Sequence record: NC_103567.1
Reading direction: 5' to 3' (one strand)
DNA: 49,223 nt
Source of the DNA: a phage
Shown here: one piece after another, positions 7,538 to 17,028 of the stretch
How the letters are laid out: each line of letters begins with the position of its first letter
How positions within the stretch are numbered: position 1 is the stretch's first letter
Made by a program: the position numbers and the translations under genes
Notes under the pieces: model-generated
What the model was told of the DNA's origin: nothing
Seen by the model: the letters and a program-made list of their open reading frames with translations, nothing else
Databases searched by the model: none

Positions 7538-7765
7538 ATGTTTGGACTTAATGAGGCTGAATACAACATTGTTAAACGCGCTGCAAAAGAGTGCATGAAG
7601 GATCTGAAAGTTGAAGTTACGAGCGGCAACAAATACGATCATATTGCGGCTGGCATTATCACCAAACATCACACGCCAATTTCTACCTTAATCACTCGCA
7701 CAAAGTTTGTATGGCTTGCTGGTTATATAGCTGGTCGATGGGGTAAGCCTGGCGAGTATGAATAA
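7538..7765 (+). CDS. hypothetical protein
   Basis: ORF track 7499-7765; internal ATG 7538 with AAGAGGA RBS. Confidence 0.5.
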   Translation: MFGLNEAEYNIVKRAAKECMKDLKVEVTSGNKYDHIAAGIITKHHTPISTLITRTKFVWLAGYIAGRWGKPGEYE

Positions 7766-7787
7766 TAAGCACTTGAATCAATGAAGG

Positions 7788-7816
7788 TTGACGGCGTGTT
7801 GTCTGATTGGTAGATT
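7788..7816 (+). promoter_or_regulatory. sigma70-like promoter (TTGACG-N17-TAGATT) flanked by inverted repeat ACGGCG / CGCCGT
   Basis: Consensus-like -35 with 17-bp spacer; followed by a ~130-nt GC-rich leader before the ATG near 7948. Confidence 0.5.
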
Positions 7817-7947
7817 AAACGCCGTGAACATAAGAGGCTCAATAGAGCAAAGCGCGGCGCGTTAGCCGTAAAACCTAATCGGATGGGATTGCATAGCAAA
7901 CGACCATCGCGGGAACCGTAACCCGCAACCATTCAGGAGAATTCACG

Positions 7948-8109
7948 ATGCAAAACAAAGAAATCGCAAAGGTAACTATCATCGTCGAGCGTGACGGAAA
8001 GAAAACGCGATACAAGAAGCGATTTAAACAAGGTGAGGCGATGTTAGGCCGGATCGGTGATTTCATGGTGAAATTGCAAGAGGATAAACCGGATGAAATT
8101 CAAGGTTAA
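7948..8109 (+). CDS. hypothetical small basic protein (about 53 aa)
   Basis: CAGGAGAA RBS then ATG; hand-translated; not in ORF track because under 60 aa. Confidence 0.45.
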   Translation: MQNKEIAKVTIIVERDGKKTRYKKRFKQGEAMLGRIGDFMVKLQEDKPDEIQG

Positions 8110-8275
8110 GCTAACTATCCGGCGCATGGGTCGCAATTGCGGATCATGTAAACAAGATTTCGAATGCGAGGTTGAAGCGCTAAACACTGTTGATGCGGTT
8201 AAATGCGCTAAAGTTCTTTCAGGTGCTAACCCTGAAACACACCAATTTTCAATCAATTATGTGAGGGCTATATAA
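8093..8275 (+). CDS. hypothetical Cys-containing small protein
   Basis: 60-aa ORF overlapping the previous gene end. Confidence 0.45.
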   Translation: MKFKVKLTIRRMGRNCGSCKQDFECEVEALNTVDAVKCAKVLSGANPETHQFSINYVRAI

Positions 8276-8505
8276 TGCTGATGTTCATTGCTGGTTTTGG
8301 TTTTTGTGCGATTATCTGTTTCTTTCTCTATCTTTGTTTTTCGTGGGGTGTGCAGCGTTGCGTAAAAGACAACGAATTAGTGATCGCCATTTACGAAAAC
8401 AAAGCTGATAAATGGAAGATTACTAAAAACTTTGAAAAGATTGCTGATGAAATTGCATTCCGTCGCAAGTTTGGCAAGCCTGGAAGCATCAAGTATATTG
8501 ATTGA
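8275..8505 (+). CDS. small membrane protein
   Basis: 76-aa ORF with N-terminal hydrophobic helix MLMFIAGFGFCAIICFFLYLCF. Confidence 0.55.
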   Translation: MLMFIAGFGFCAIICFFLYLCFSWGVQRCVKDNELVIAIYENKADKWKITKNFEKIADEIAFRRKFGKPGSIKYID

Positions 8506-8522
8506 TTCAACGAAAAAAAGAC

Positions 8523-8547
8523 AACCCGCCTTGCGCGGGTTTTTTTG
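8523..8547 (+). terminator. rho-independent terminator followed by a TATAAT-containing late-promoter-like sequence
   Basis: CCCGCCTTGCGCGGG hairpin plus T7 run; TATAAT about 20 bp downstream. Confidence 0.65.
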
Positions 8548-8593
8548 TGTCTGCAATTTAGCTATAATCACGCCTCAACAGGAGGATTTTATT

Positions 8594-9118
8594 ATGGCTA
8601 AAAAAACAGAAGCGCCAGCGGCGGAAAGTCTAAACTTTAAAAAGTTATGGAATAAGCGATATTCCGATCTGGTAGGTATTGAGATTGATAAACGCGCAAC
8701 GCTAACGCCGGAACAAGTCATGAACCTGATTGTTCAGTATTTTGAGTGGGCGGAGCTAAACGCCATTAAAGCAGGTGAGACTACATCCTTTCAGGGTCGA
8801 GTGTATCAGGATACGATTCACAAGCCGCGTATTTTTACATGGGAAGGGTTAAAGCTGTTTTGCGGTTTTTCAGGCACAGCACTAGCAAAGTGGAAACTTA
8901 AACCAGGCTATGATGTTGTTATTGAGTTTGCGGAATCGGTAATCAAAGAACAAAAATACCAGTTAGCTGCAAACGGAATGATTAACAGCACCATGATCGC
9001 AAAAGAGCTTGGCATTGATAAAGGCGACACGTTCAATATTAGCGCCAATGCTGAAACGGAAGTTAACACGGAAGAAGCAATGAAAAACGCCGTCGCAAGC
9101 GTTCTAAGTAAAATTTAA
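8594..9118 (+). CDS. terS: terminase small subunit (putative)
   Basis: About 174-aa ORF immediately upstream of the large terminase; CAGGAGGA RBS; position-based call. Confidence 0.6.
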   Translation: MAKKTEAPAAESLNFKKLWNKRYSDLVGIEIDKRATLTPEQVMNLIVQYFEWAELNAIKAGETTSFQGRVYQDTIHKPRIFTWEGLKLFCGFSGTALAKWKLKPGYDVVIEFAESVIKEQKYQLAANGMINSTMIAKELGIDKGDTFNISANAETEVNTEEAMKNAVASVLSKI

Positions 9119-9129
9119 GGGTGAATGCT

Positions 9130-10701
9130 ATGTTGATATGGGAAGATTTAAGCAAGTTAGAAAAGCTGGCTATTAAAGAATTGAGTACACACGATTTTGA
9201 TACTTTCGTTAAAATCTGGTTCCCGATCCAGCAAGGGGAAAAATGGATTCCTAACTGGCATCACCTTTATATCGCAAGAGCGATTGATGAAATTATTGAA
9301 GGTACGCGGAAAGATACGATCTTTAATGTAACTCCAGGCTCAGGTAAGACGGAATTACTTTCTATCCATTTCCCTCCGTATTCTTATTTAAAACTTAATA
9401 AGGTGCGGAACCTAAATATTTCATTTGCCGATACGCTTGTTAAACGAAACAGTAAGCGTGTGCGTGATCTGGTTAATTCGCGAGAATGGCAAGAGCTTTT
9501 CCCTGCAAAAACTGGTACAAGCAAAGATGATGAATTTCAGGTTTTAAATGACGCTGGCAAAGTTCGACTTGAAATGATTAGTAAATCAATGGGCGGTCAA
9601 ATTACTGGTAGCCGTGGCGGTTATATCACTCCTGGTATTTATTCCGGTTGCGTTACGCTTGACGATCCAGAAAAGCCCGATGATATGTTTTCGAAGGTGA
9701 AGCGTGAGCGCGGTCAGATGATAGCGAAGAACACCATTCGATCACGTCGCGCACATTCAGAAACGCCAATTATCGTTATCCAGCAGCGTTTACATGCGCA
9801 GGATATGACATGGTTTCTGATGAATGGCGGAATGGGTATTGAATTTGATCAGATATCAATTCCGGCTATGGTTACAGAGGAGTACGGGAAATCACTTCCT
9901 GATTGGTTGCAGCCGCACTTTGAAAAGGATGTGCTTTCGTCTGAATACATCGTTATTGACGGCGTGAAGTATTATTCTTTTTGGCCTAGCAAGGAAAGCA
10001 TTCATGACTTGAAAGCGCTACGCGATGCGGATTTGTACACGTTCCTTTCTCAGTATCAGCAAGATCCAATTGCTCTTGGAGGTAACGCAATTAACGTTGG
10101 ATGGTTCCAGTATTACGGAACCGGAGAAAAATCAACTATGCCAAAACCGGATCGCTTTGATTATACGTTTATTACAGCAGATACCGCTCAGAAAGAAGGT
10201 GAGCTAAACGACTACAGCGTTTTATGTTATTGGGGCATGTTCAAAGGCCGTATATATTTTATTGACGGTGTGCGCGGAAAATGGGAAGCGCCAATGTTAG
10301 AAACGCAGTTTAAAGCGTTTGTTAAACAGTGCTGGAACCGTAACAAAGAATGCGGAAACTTGCGTAAAATTTACGTGGAAGATAAAGCGAGCGGTACAGG
10401 TTTGATCCAGAATTGCCGCAAAGCATTTCCGATAGAAATTACGCCAGTGCAACGCGATAAAGACAAAGTAACGCGCTGCATGGACGCTCAGCCAGTGATC
10501 AAGAATGGTTATGTTGTATTGCCTGAATCGCATCACATGCTTGCTGAATTTCTGGCAGAGGCGGCGGCATTCACTTATGATGATAGCCATCCTCATGATG
10601 ATATTATGGATAACCTTTTTGATGCGGTTAATATTGAGCTTAACCTTGCTGATAATGCGGTTGATAGAATGAAGCGTTTAGCTGGATTAGCGAAGCGTTA
10701 A
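9130..10701 (+). CDS. terL: terminase large subunit
   Basis: About 523 aa with Walker A-like PGSGKT and the size and position expected for a TerL ATPase-nuclease. Confidence 0.85.
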   Translation: MLIWEDLSKLEKLAIKELSTHDFDTFVKIWFPIQQGEKWIPNWHHLYIARAIDEIIEGTRKDTIFNVTPGSGKTELLSIHFPPYSYLKLNKVRNLNISFADTLVKRNSKRVRDLVNSREWQELFPAKTGTSKDDEFQVLNDAGKVRLEMISKSMGGQITGSRGGYITPGIYSGCVTLDDPEKPDDMFSKVKRERGQMIAKNTIRSRRAHSETPIIVIQQRLHAQDMTWFLMNGGMGIEFDQISIPAMVTEEYGKSLPDWLQPHFEKDVLSSEYIVIDGVKYYSFWPSKESIHDLKALRDADLYTFLSQYQQDPIALGGNAINVGWFQYYGTGEKSTMPKPDRFDYTFITADTAQKEGELNDYSVLCYWGMFKGRIYFIDGVRGKWEAPMLETQFKAFVKQCWNRNKECGNLRKIYVEDKASGTGLIQNCRKAFPIEITPVQRDKDKVTRCMDAQPVIKNGYVVLPESHHMLAEFLAEAAAFTYDDSHPHDDIMDNLFDAVNIELNLADNAVDRMKRLAGLAKR

Positions 10702-10715
10702 TGTGTAAAATCAAA

Positions 10716-10740
10716 GGCTGGAATATTCCGGCCTTTTTTA
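10716..10740 (+). terminator. palindromic hairpin plus T-run (AGGCTGGAATATTCCGGCCT); near-identical to the element at 14331
   Basis: GC-rich stem, AATATT loop, T6; lies between terminase and portal genes. Confidence 0.5.
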
Positions 10741-10754
10741 TTATGGGGGTATTT

Positions 10755-12050
10755 ATGAGCGACAAGGTAAAGGCCATTACTAAAGAAGATGGTTACAACG
10801 AAATTTTCGGATCTAAAGATGGAACGTTTAGGCCAAATGCTTTTTACATGCAAAGTGCGGCATTTAAAACGTTATCGCAATTTTATGAAGAAGATGGAAT
10901 GGCGCGGCGCATTGTCGATGTTATTCCAGAAGAAATGGTGACGCCTGGTTTTAAAGTTGACGGCGTGAAAAATGAAAAGTCTTTTAAATCGCGCTGGGAT
11001 GAATTGCGATTAAACGCTAAAATTATTGATGCGCTTTCATGGTCGCGTTTATTTGGCGGTTCTGCAATTCTTGCTGTTGTTGCTGATAACAGAATGCTGA
11101 AATCACCTGTAAAGCCTGGTGCACAACTTGAAGATATTCGCGTATATGATCGCTATCAGATCACCATTCAGGAACGTGAAACTAATGCGCGGAGTGTTCG
11201 TTACGGTGAGCCGAAACTTTATAAGATCTCACCTGGCGGAGATATACCGGAATTCTTTGTTCATTACTCGCGTATTTGCATCATTGATGGTGAGCGAGTA
11301 TCGAATGAAAAACGCCGTCAAAATGATGGTTGGGGCGCAAGCATTTTAAACAAGCGTTTGATTGAGGCGATTGTTGATTATAACTATTGCCAGGAATTAG
11401 CAACGCAATTGCTACGCCGAAAACAACAAGCAGTATGGAAAGCGCGTGATCTGGCTTTGATGTGCGACGATGAAGAAGGGCGCTACGCGGCGCGTTTGCG
11501 TTTGGCTCAGGTTGATGACGAAAGCGGAGTTGGTAAGGCAATTGGTATTGATGCCACAGATGAAGAATATGAGGTTCTCAATTCTGACGTTTCCGGCGTT
11601 CCAGAGTTCTTACAGGAAAAGATTGATCGAATTGTTGCCCTAACTGGCATTCATGAAATCATCCTTAAAAATAAGAACACTGGCGGAGTTTCAGCGAGTC
11701 AAAACACGGCGCTAGAGACTTTCTATAAGTTGATTGATCGCAAGCGCGTAGAGGATTACAAGCCGATTCTTGAATTCCTTTTGCCGTTCATGATCTCAGA
11801 ATCCGAATGGTCTATTGAATTCGAACCGTTAAGCGTTCCGAGCGATAAGGACAAAGCTGAAATTATGGCTAAGAACGTTGAATCTGTTGTAAAATTGAAA
11901 GCTGAACAGGCAATTAATCTCAAAGAAACAAGAGACACTTTGCGATCCATTTGTCCAGATCTTAAAATCATGGACAATGACAACATTGAATTGCCAGAGC
12001 CGGAAGATTTAGATCCAGAGCCAGGGCAAGAGGGGGGATTGAATAAATGA
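10755..12050 (+). CDS. portal protein
   Basis: About 431 aa directly after TerL in canonical order. Confidence 0.8.
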   Translation: MSDKVKAITKEDGYNEIFGSKDGTFRPNAFYMQSAAFKTLSQFYEEDGMARRIVDVIPEEMVTPGFKVDGVKNEKSFKSRWDELRLNAKIIDALSWSRLFGGSAILAVVADNRMLKSPVKPGAQLEDIRVYDRYQITIQERETNARSVRYGEPKLYKISPGGDIPEFFVHYSRICIIDGERVSNEKRRQNDGWGASILNKRLIEAIVDYNYCQELATQLLRRKQQAVWKARDLALMCDDEEGRYAARLRLAQVDDESGVGKAIGIDATDEEYEVLNSDVSGVPEFLQEKIDRIVALTGIHEIILKNKNTGGVSASQNTALETFYKLIDRKRVEDYKPILEFLLPFMISESEWSIEFEPLSVPSDKDKAEIMAKNVESVVKLKAEQAINLKETRDTLRSICPDLKIMDNDNIELPEPEDLDPEPGQEGGLNK

Positions 12051-12718
12051 TGTTTCCCGATATGACAGAGAGCGACGTTGAAAAGGCGCTTAATGATCTG
12101 GCGGTTGATATCACTGAAAACAATGCTGATGTAGAGGCGGCAATTGCCGCCTTTATGTTGCTGGTTTACGGGTTCGCCGTTAGTGCATACAAATACCACA
12201 CTCGCCAATTTATCAGAATGGCAAAGCAAACAGGAGGTGCAAATAATCGATCCGTTATCCTTCTGATTGGTGGCGTTTACGGAAATATGAATGAACGTTG
12301 GTTCAATTCAAAATACATAACCTGGCGATCACTTATTGAGGCATCAGTAAGTAAATTTGCGTATAATGTGCTTGATGATTGGGAAGTACAACAGCGTTTA
12401 AATGAGTTACGCGAGCAAGCAGAAACAAGAGCGCAGATCCGAAAGCGCCTAAGAAAATATAAGGCGTGGGCTAAAAATAGGGCGTCTGGTTTTGTTGGTT
12501 CGTGGTATTCCGTGTTAATGTATCAACGCGTGGTTGATACCGGAGTTACCCATTATATTTGGCGCACTCAGGAAGATAACAGGGTTAGACCTGAACACGC
12601 TAAATTGGATATGAAACGGATCTCATTGGCAATAAAGCACATATTCCCAGGGCAGGAATATAATTGTCGCTGTTGGGCGCAACCGGATTGGGAAACAGAG
12701 CAAGAGGTATATTTATGA
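12047..12718 (+). CDS. head morphogenesis protein (SPP1 gp7-like minor head protein)
   Basis: 223-aa ORF overlapping the portal stop; canonical position after portal. Confidence 0.65.
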   Translation: MMFPDMTESDVEKALNDLAVDITENNADVEAAIAAFMLLVYGFAVSAYKYHTRQFIRMAKQTGGANNRSVILLIGGVYGNMNERWFNSKYITWRSLIEASVSKFAYNVLDDWEVQQRLNELREQAETRAQIRKRLRKYKAWAKNRASGFVGSWYSVLMYQRVVDTGVTHYIWRTQEDNRVRPEHAKLDMKRISLAIKHIFPGQEYNCRCWAQPDWETEQEVYL

Positions 12719-13824
12719 AGAAGGTGCAACGTTTTGATAGTGTCAGAGTAAAGGCGCATTTTGATGAACACGGCTTTTTAGTGGATCGTCCTATTGTGGC
12801 GCGAATTGGTTTGCAGATTTATCAAACGCCATACGGCGAGCGCAGAGAATTCAGGCCAGCAAGTGAAGTGTTTAAAGCTGATAGCCTGGCGACTTACGCA
12901 GGTAAACCAATCACAGTAGGTCACGTCACCGTAACGCCGGAAAATGCGCGTGATGTTGTAGTTGGTACTTGTTCAGGCGCTGGCATTCCAAATGGGATCG
13001 GAGTTGAAGCGCCTTTGAATATTTACGCAAAGGATGCAATTGAAAGCGCGAAGAAAAAACAAACGGCTGAAATCAGCGTTGGCTATACTTCAATTGATAT
13101 TGATAAGCCAGGTTGGGGGTCTAATGAAACGGGCGAATACATCTTTGAAGAAGATCTAAAAGATGGTGAGCAGCCGCCGAAAGATTGGGTTAAGTTTGAT
13201 GCGCTACAAACAAACATTAGCGTAAACCATATCGCGCTTGTTTTTAAAGGTCGTGCCGGAATTGCAAAATTGAATCTTGATAGCGAGCAGGAATTCCCGT
13301 ATGATACTGACGTTAAATTAAATAAAGAGGACGAAGTTATGACCGTTAAAATTAAACTGGATGGTGCTGTTGAATTTGACGTACCAAAAGAGGTTGCTAC
13401 CTTTATCGAAACCGTAAAGGCAGATGCTGAAAAAGCCAAAACCAAAGCCGACAGCCTGGAGGCAGAGCGTGACGCGCTACAGTCGAAAGTTGACGGCATT
13501 CCGGCGCAGATTGAAGAAGCAGTGAAAAAAGCAAAAGCTGACGCTGATGAACATGCCGCACTGGTCGCTACCGCTTCCGAAGTTGGCGTAAAATGCGACG
13601 GACTAACAGCCAAAGAAATTAAGATCGCATATGTGAAAGAGGTCATGGGTAATGACATTAGCGCAAAGGCTGATGCATATATTGATACCGCTTTTGATAT
13701 CGCGAAAGAATCTGATAAAATGGCGGCTCAACGTATTGCACTGAAAGGCGATTCAGCAAAAGAAAAAGAAGATGGCGCGGATTCTGTTTTAAATCCTTCC
13801 GCGCGTCTGAACAAAGCTAAATAA
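12715..13824 (+). CDS. scaffolding protein, possibly fused to a prohead protease domain
   Basis: C-terminal half is Ala/Lys/Glu-rich predicted coiled coil (AEKAKTKADSLEAERDALQSKV...); located between portal and capsid genes. Confidence 0.6.
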   Translation: MKKVQRFDSVRVKAHFDEHGFLVDRPIVARIGLQIYQTPYGERREFRPASEVFKADSLATYAGKPITVGHVTVTPENARDVVVGTCSGAGIPNGIGVEAPLNIYAKDAIESAKKKQTAEISVGYTSIDIDKPGWGSNETGEYIFEEDLKDGEQPPKDWVKFDALQTNISVNHIALVFKGRAGIAKLNLDSEQEFPYDTDVKLNKEDEVMTVKIKLDGAVEFDVPKEVATFIETVKADAEKAKTKADSLEAERDALQSKVDGIPAQIEEAVKKAKADADEHAALVATASEVGVKCDGLTAKEIKIAYVKEVMGNDISAKADAYIDTAFDIAKESDKMAAQRIALKGDSAKEKEDGADSVLNPSARLNKAK

Positions 13825-13836
13825 GGAGAAAATATT

Positions 13837-14325
13837 ATGGCTCAGATTTCAGCAAGTTATCATGTTGCAATGGCTCGCGCCTTGCCTGGTCAAGTTTCCG
13901 ACACTTCCGCGTATAACATCGACGGAGCTTGTGTTCTTGAGAATGCAGCAGGCAATCAGAATAAGCCTGTTTTTGTTGGTGTGGCGGTCCAGCATGGCGG
14001 CGTTGATGCCATGGGCAATAAGCTGATTAAGCCGATGGCGGCAAGCGGCAAGGCTTACGGCGTTGCTATTCGATCCAACTTCCAGACCACATCTAAAGAT
14101 GGTCGCATGGTTTATGAAGCTGGTAGCGGAATTAACGTAATGACTAAAGGGCGCGTTTGGATGTTATCTGTAGAGTCGGAAGCGCCAGCATTCAAAACAG
14201 CTATCAAACTTGATGATTCAGGACAGGTTGATTTAACGTCTGGATTAATTGAAACCACTTGGATCGCAACTGGAGACTTTACGGAATTCCAAGGTCTAAA
14301 ACTCGTTGAGGTTCAACTGGTATAA
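13837..14325 (+). CDS. head protein, paralog A of a tandem pair
   Basis: 162 aa; shares AYNIDGA, YGVAIRS, INVMTKGRVWM and a C-terminal EVQL with the next ORF. Confidence 0.6.
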   Translation: MAQISASYHVAMARALPGQVSDTSAYNIDGACVLENAAGNQNKPVFVGVAVQHGGVDAMGNKLIKPMAASGKAYGVAIRSNFQTTSKDGRMVYEAGSGINVMTKGRVWMLSVESEAPAFKTAIKLDDSGQVDLTSGLIETTWIATGDFTEFQGLKLVEVQLV

Positions 14326-14330
14326 TAATA

Positions 14331-14354
14331 AGGCCGGATTATTCCGGCCTTTTA
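14331..14354 (+). terminator. palindromic hairpin plus T-run (AGGCCGGATTATTCCGGCCT)
   Basis: Near-identical to the 10716-10740 element. Confidence 0.5.
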
Positions 14355-14368
14355 TATATGGTGGTTTT

Positions 14369-14809
14369 ATGTCTGATTACGGTTCTATAATAGGTATAGT
14401 TGAAAATGGGTGCTTGGTAGATTCAAGCCTTTATAATATAGATGGCTCGCCAGTTATGGATGTTTCAGCCGTGATAGGTAAGGCCGTATGTGTTGATCGC
14501 ATATCTTGCGGTTACAAAATAATCAGCCACAATTTTAATGAAAACTCAAAGCATTACGGAATCGTTACGCGTGATTATATGGATTTTTGCAAAGAATATT
14601 ACGACGCCGGAGATCCTGTTAACGTAATAACTCATGGTCGAATTTGGGTAATCACTCAGGACGAACATGATATTCCATCGTATAAAGATCCTGTTTTTGT
14701 TAAAGACAATGGCTCTATATCAACAAGTGGATTTCCTACTAGTTGGTTTTTTACTGGCGAATACGTAAGATATTCACACGGATATATTTTACTATCAGTT
14801 CAGTTGTAG
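14369..14809 (+). CDS. head protein, paralog B of the tandem pair
   Basis: About 146 aa; motifs LYNIDGS, YGIVTRD, VNVITHGRIWV, C-terminal SVQL match paralog A. Confidence 0.6.
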   Translation: MSDYGSIIGIVENGCLVDSSLYNIDGSPVMDVSAVIGKAVCVDRISCGYKIISHNFNENSKHYGIVTRDYMDFCKEYYDAGDPVNVITHGRIWVITQDEHDIPSYKDPVFVKDNGSISTSGFPTSWFFTGEYVRYSHGYILLSVQL

Positions 14810-14858
14810 CGTGCTAACACAAAAAACACTTGAACGTTTAACAAAAAATGCTATATTA

Positions 14859-14883
14859 AAGCCGTTATTGTGACGGCTTTTCT
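14859..14883 (+). terminator. hairpin plus short T-run upstream of the capsid gene
   Basis: AAAGCCGTTATTGTGACGGCTTTT. Confidence 0.4.
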
Positions 14884-14898
14884 ATGAGGGGAAATATT

Positions 14899-15876
14899 AT
14901 GTCTAAAGAAAAAATTAAATTTGATGAATTTGAAGCGTCTGTGATTTCTAATCACCTGCAACTGCAAGGCGCTAAAAACGATGCGTCTGATATGGGGATT
15001 TGGACGGCTCAAGAGCTACACAAAATTAAGTCTCAGGCTTATGAGAAAGAATATCCGGCAGGTTCCGCACTGCGTGTATTCCCTGTAACGTCCGAGCTTT
15101 CCGATACTGATAAAACTTTTGAATACCAGACTTTCGACAAAGTAGGTCACGCAAAAATCATCGCTGATTATACTGATGATCTGCCAACTGTTGACGCGAT
15201 GATGACTTCTGAATTTGGTAAAGTGTTCCGACTTGGTAATGCGTTCCTGATTTCCATTGACGAAATCAAAGCAGGTCAACGCACTGGCAAGAGCCTTTCC
15301 ACTCGCAAGGCAAACGCCGCACAGAATGCGCATGATCAGCTTGTCAATCACCTGGTTTTCAAAGGCTCTAAGCCGCACAAAATTATCAGTGTGTTTGAAC
15401 ATCCGAACATCACAACTATCAACTCCGCAGGTTGGAACAACGCCGCAGGTACTGGTAAAAAGCCGGAAACAGCACAGGATGAATTAGAGCAAGCGATTGA
15501 AAAAATCGAAACGCTGACCAACGGGCAGCACCGCGCTACTCACATTCTGATCCCGCCGTCAATGCGTAAGGTTTTGAGCGTTCGTATGCCGGAAACCACC
15601 ATGAGCTATCTTGATTACTTCAAGCAGCAGAATGGAGGTATCACTATCGAATCCATTTCCGAGCTTGAAGATATTGACGGCGCAGGGACTAAAGCGGCGC
15701 TGGTTTACGAAAAAGATCCGATGAACATGAGCATTGAGATTCCAGAAGCGTTTAACATGCTGACCGCGCAACCTAAAGACCTGCATTTCAAAGTGCCTTG
15801 CACCTCTAAATGTACTGGCCTGACGATTTACCGTCCGTTGACGCTGGTTCTGATTAAAGGTCTTGTAGTAGGCTGA
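14899..15876 (+). CDS. major capsid protein
   Basis: About 325-aa ORF with GAGGGG RBS, bracketed by terminator hairpins, in the canonical position. Confidence 0.8.
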   Translation: MSKEKIKFDEFEASVISNHLQLQGAKNDASDMGIWTAQELHKIKSQAYEKEYPAGSALRVFPVTSELSDTDKTFEYQTFDKVGHAKIIADYTDDLPTVDAMMTSEFGKVFRLGNAFLISIDEIKAGQRTGKSLSTRKANAAQNAHDQLVNHLVFKGSKPHKIISVFEHPNITTINSAGWNNAAGTGKKPETAQDELEQAIEKIETLTNGQHRATHILIPPSMRKVLSVRMPETTMSYLDYFKQQNGGITIESISELEDIDGAGTKAALVYEKDPMNMSIEIPEAFNMLTAQPKDLHFKVPCTSKCTGLTIYRPLTLVLIKGLVVG

Positions 15877-15892
15877 TAATTCAATTAATATA

Positions 15893-15919
15893 GGGAACCG
15901 TTAAAAGGTTCCCTTTTTT
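15893..15919 (+). terminator. rho-independent terminator
   Basis: GGGAACC...GGTTCCC hairpin plus T6. Confidence 0.7.
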
Positions 15920-15937
15920 ATATATGGAGAAAAACAA

Positions 15938-16210
15938 ATGGCTAAAGAAAAAGAAATTACACTGGTTAACACTGGCGTTGCACTGATTATTATTGATCGC
16001 GTTGACGTTATGCCAGGTAAAGAAATTACCGTTGCGGAAAGCGTGTTAGAGCGGCAAGGCACTAAAGCACTTATGGCAGAAGGTAAGCTAACAATCAAAG
16101 ATAACAGCGATCTCAATGCTGAAATCGTTGAAGCGTTTAAGAGCAAGCGCAAAAAAGATCCGAACGAAGGCAAGACAAAAAAAGAGCTTGAGGACGGCGG
16201 CGAGTATTAA
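15938..16210 (+). CDS. hypothetical head-associated protein
   Basis: 90-aa ORF between two terminators in the late block. Confidence 0.55.
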   Translation: MAKEKEITLVNTGVALIIIDRVDVMPGKEITVAESVLERQGTKALMAEGKLTIKDNSDLNAEIVEAFKSKRKKDPNEGKTKKELEDGGEY

Positions 16211-16216
16211 TTAATA

Positions 16217-16242
16217 AAGGCGCTTATTTAGCGCCTTTTTTA
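16217..16242 (+). terminator. rho-independent terminator
   Basis: AAGGCGCTTATTTAGCGCCTT plus T-run. Confidence 0.7.
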
Positions 16243-16255
16243 TTGGGGGTAAATC

Positions 16256-16660
16256 ATGAATGATATTGAGATCTTAGAGCAGATTTATAAACTTGCTCCA
16301 GCATTTAAAAAAGTAGATCCTGAATTGATTCAGGCATGGATCGAATTAGCAAAAGATTTCGTTTGCGTTAACCACTTCAAAGACAAGTACAATCGCGCTG
16401 TTGCTCTTTATACGTTGCACCTGATGACTCTTGACGGCGCAATGAAACAGGAAGGTGAAAGCGTAGAAAGCTACTCGCATCGTATAGCGTCATTTTCCCT
16501 GACTGGTGAGTTTTCTCAGACATTCAGCAAAGTTAGTGACGACACAAGCGGTAACACGTTGCGCCAAACGCCGTGGGGTAAAATGTATGAAGTTCTTAAC
16601 AAGAAAAAAGGCGGCGGATTTGGCCTTACAACTGCCTTTCGTCGGAGGTGCTCACGATGA
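16256..16660 (+). CDS. head-tail connector/adaptor protein (putative)
   Basis: 134-aa ORF in the connector region. Confidence 0.55.
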   Translation: MNDIEILEQIYKLAPAFKKVDPELIQAWIELAKDFVCVNHFKDKYNRAVALYTLHLMTLDGAMKQEGESVESYSHRIASFSLTGEFSQTFSKVSDDTSGNTLRQTPWGKMYEVLNKKKGGGFGLTTAFRRRCSR

Positions 16661-17028
16661 ATTATGAACAAATCAGATCTATGGCATCGGCTGGAATTAA
16701 TTTTTTTAGCGATGGAACTGGTGAATTTGATTGCATTACTCAGCCTGGAAGCGTTGAAATTGTTGGCGGTATTGAGGTTGAAAAACCTGAAATAAAGGTG
16801 AAGATTAAAGGTCTTGTGAGAGCACCACGGACGCGAGAAGTTGACGGAGAGACAATTAGAGTTACCGACAAGTTAGGCGTTTTTAATGCTGATGTAGAGC
16901 TTAAAAACGGATATCAGATTGATATCGACGGCGAGCGTTATGTTATGGTTGAAACAAGACCAATCAGACCAACAAGCATTACCGTTGCTTACCGTCCAAT
17001 AATGCGGAGGGTTGCGGTTCATGGCTGA
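16657..17028 (+). CDS. head closure / neck protein (putative)
   Basis: About 123-aa ORF overlapping neighbours. Confidence 0.5.
   Translation: MNYEQIRSMASAGINFFSDGTGEFDCITQPGSVEIVGGIEVEKPEIKVKIKGLVRAPRTREVDGETIRVTDKLGVFNADVELKNGYQIDIDGERYVMVETRPIRPTSITVAYRPIMRRVAVHG

Noticed and set aside
13083-13658. 191-aa minus-strand ORF antisense to the scaffold gene
   Set aside because: Fully embedded antisense within a gene of the late operon; Ser/Ala/Thr-rich translation typical of a reverse-frame artefact of a coiled-coil coding region. The same reasoning applies to the other track ORFs antisense to structural genes (for example 11756-12229, 15016-15402, 25982-26443)
14838-14858. Degenerate reverse-orientation copy of the 21-bp motif upstream of the capsid gene
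   Set aside because: Matches about 19 of 21 positions but points away from the only nearby gene and lacks the downstream -10 and inverted-repeat block; likely a relic or chance match, so not listed as a feature
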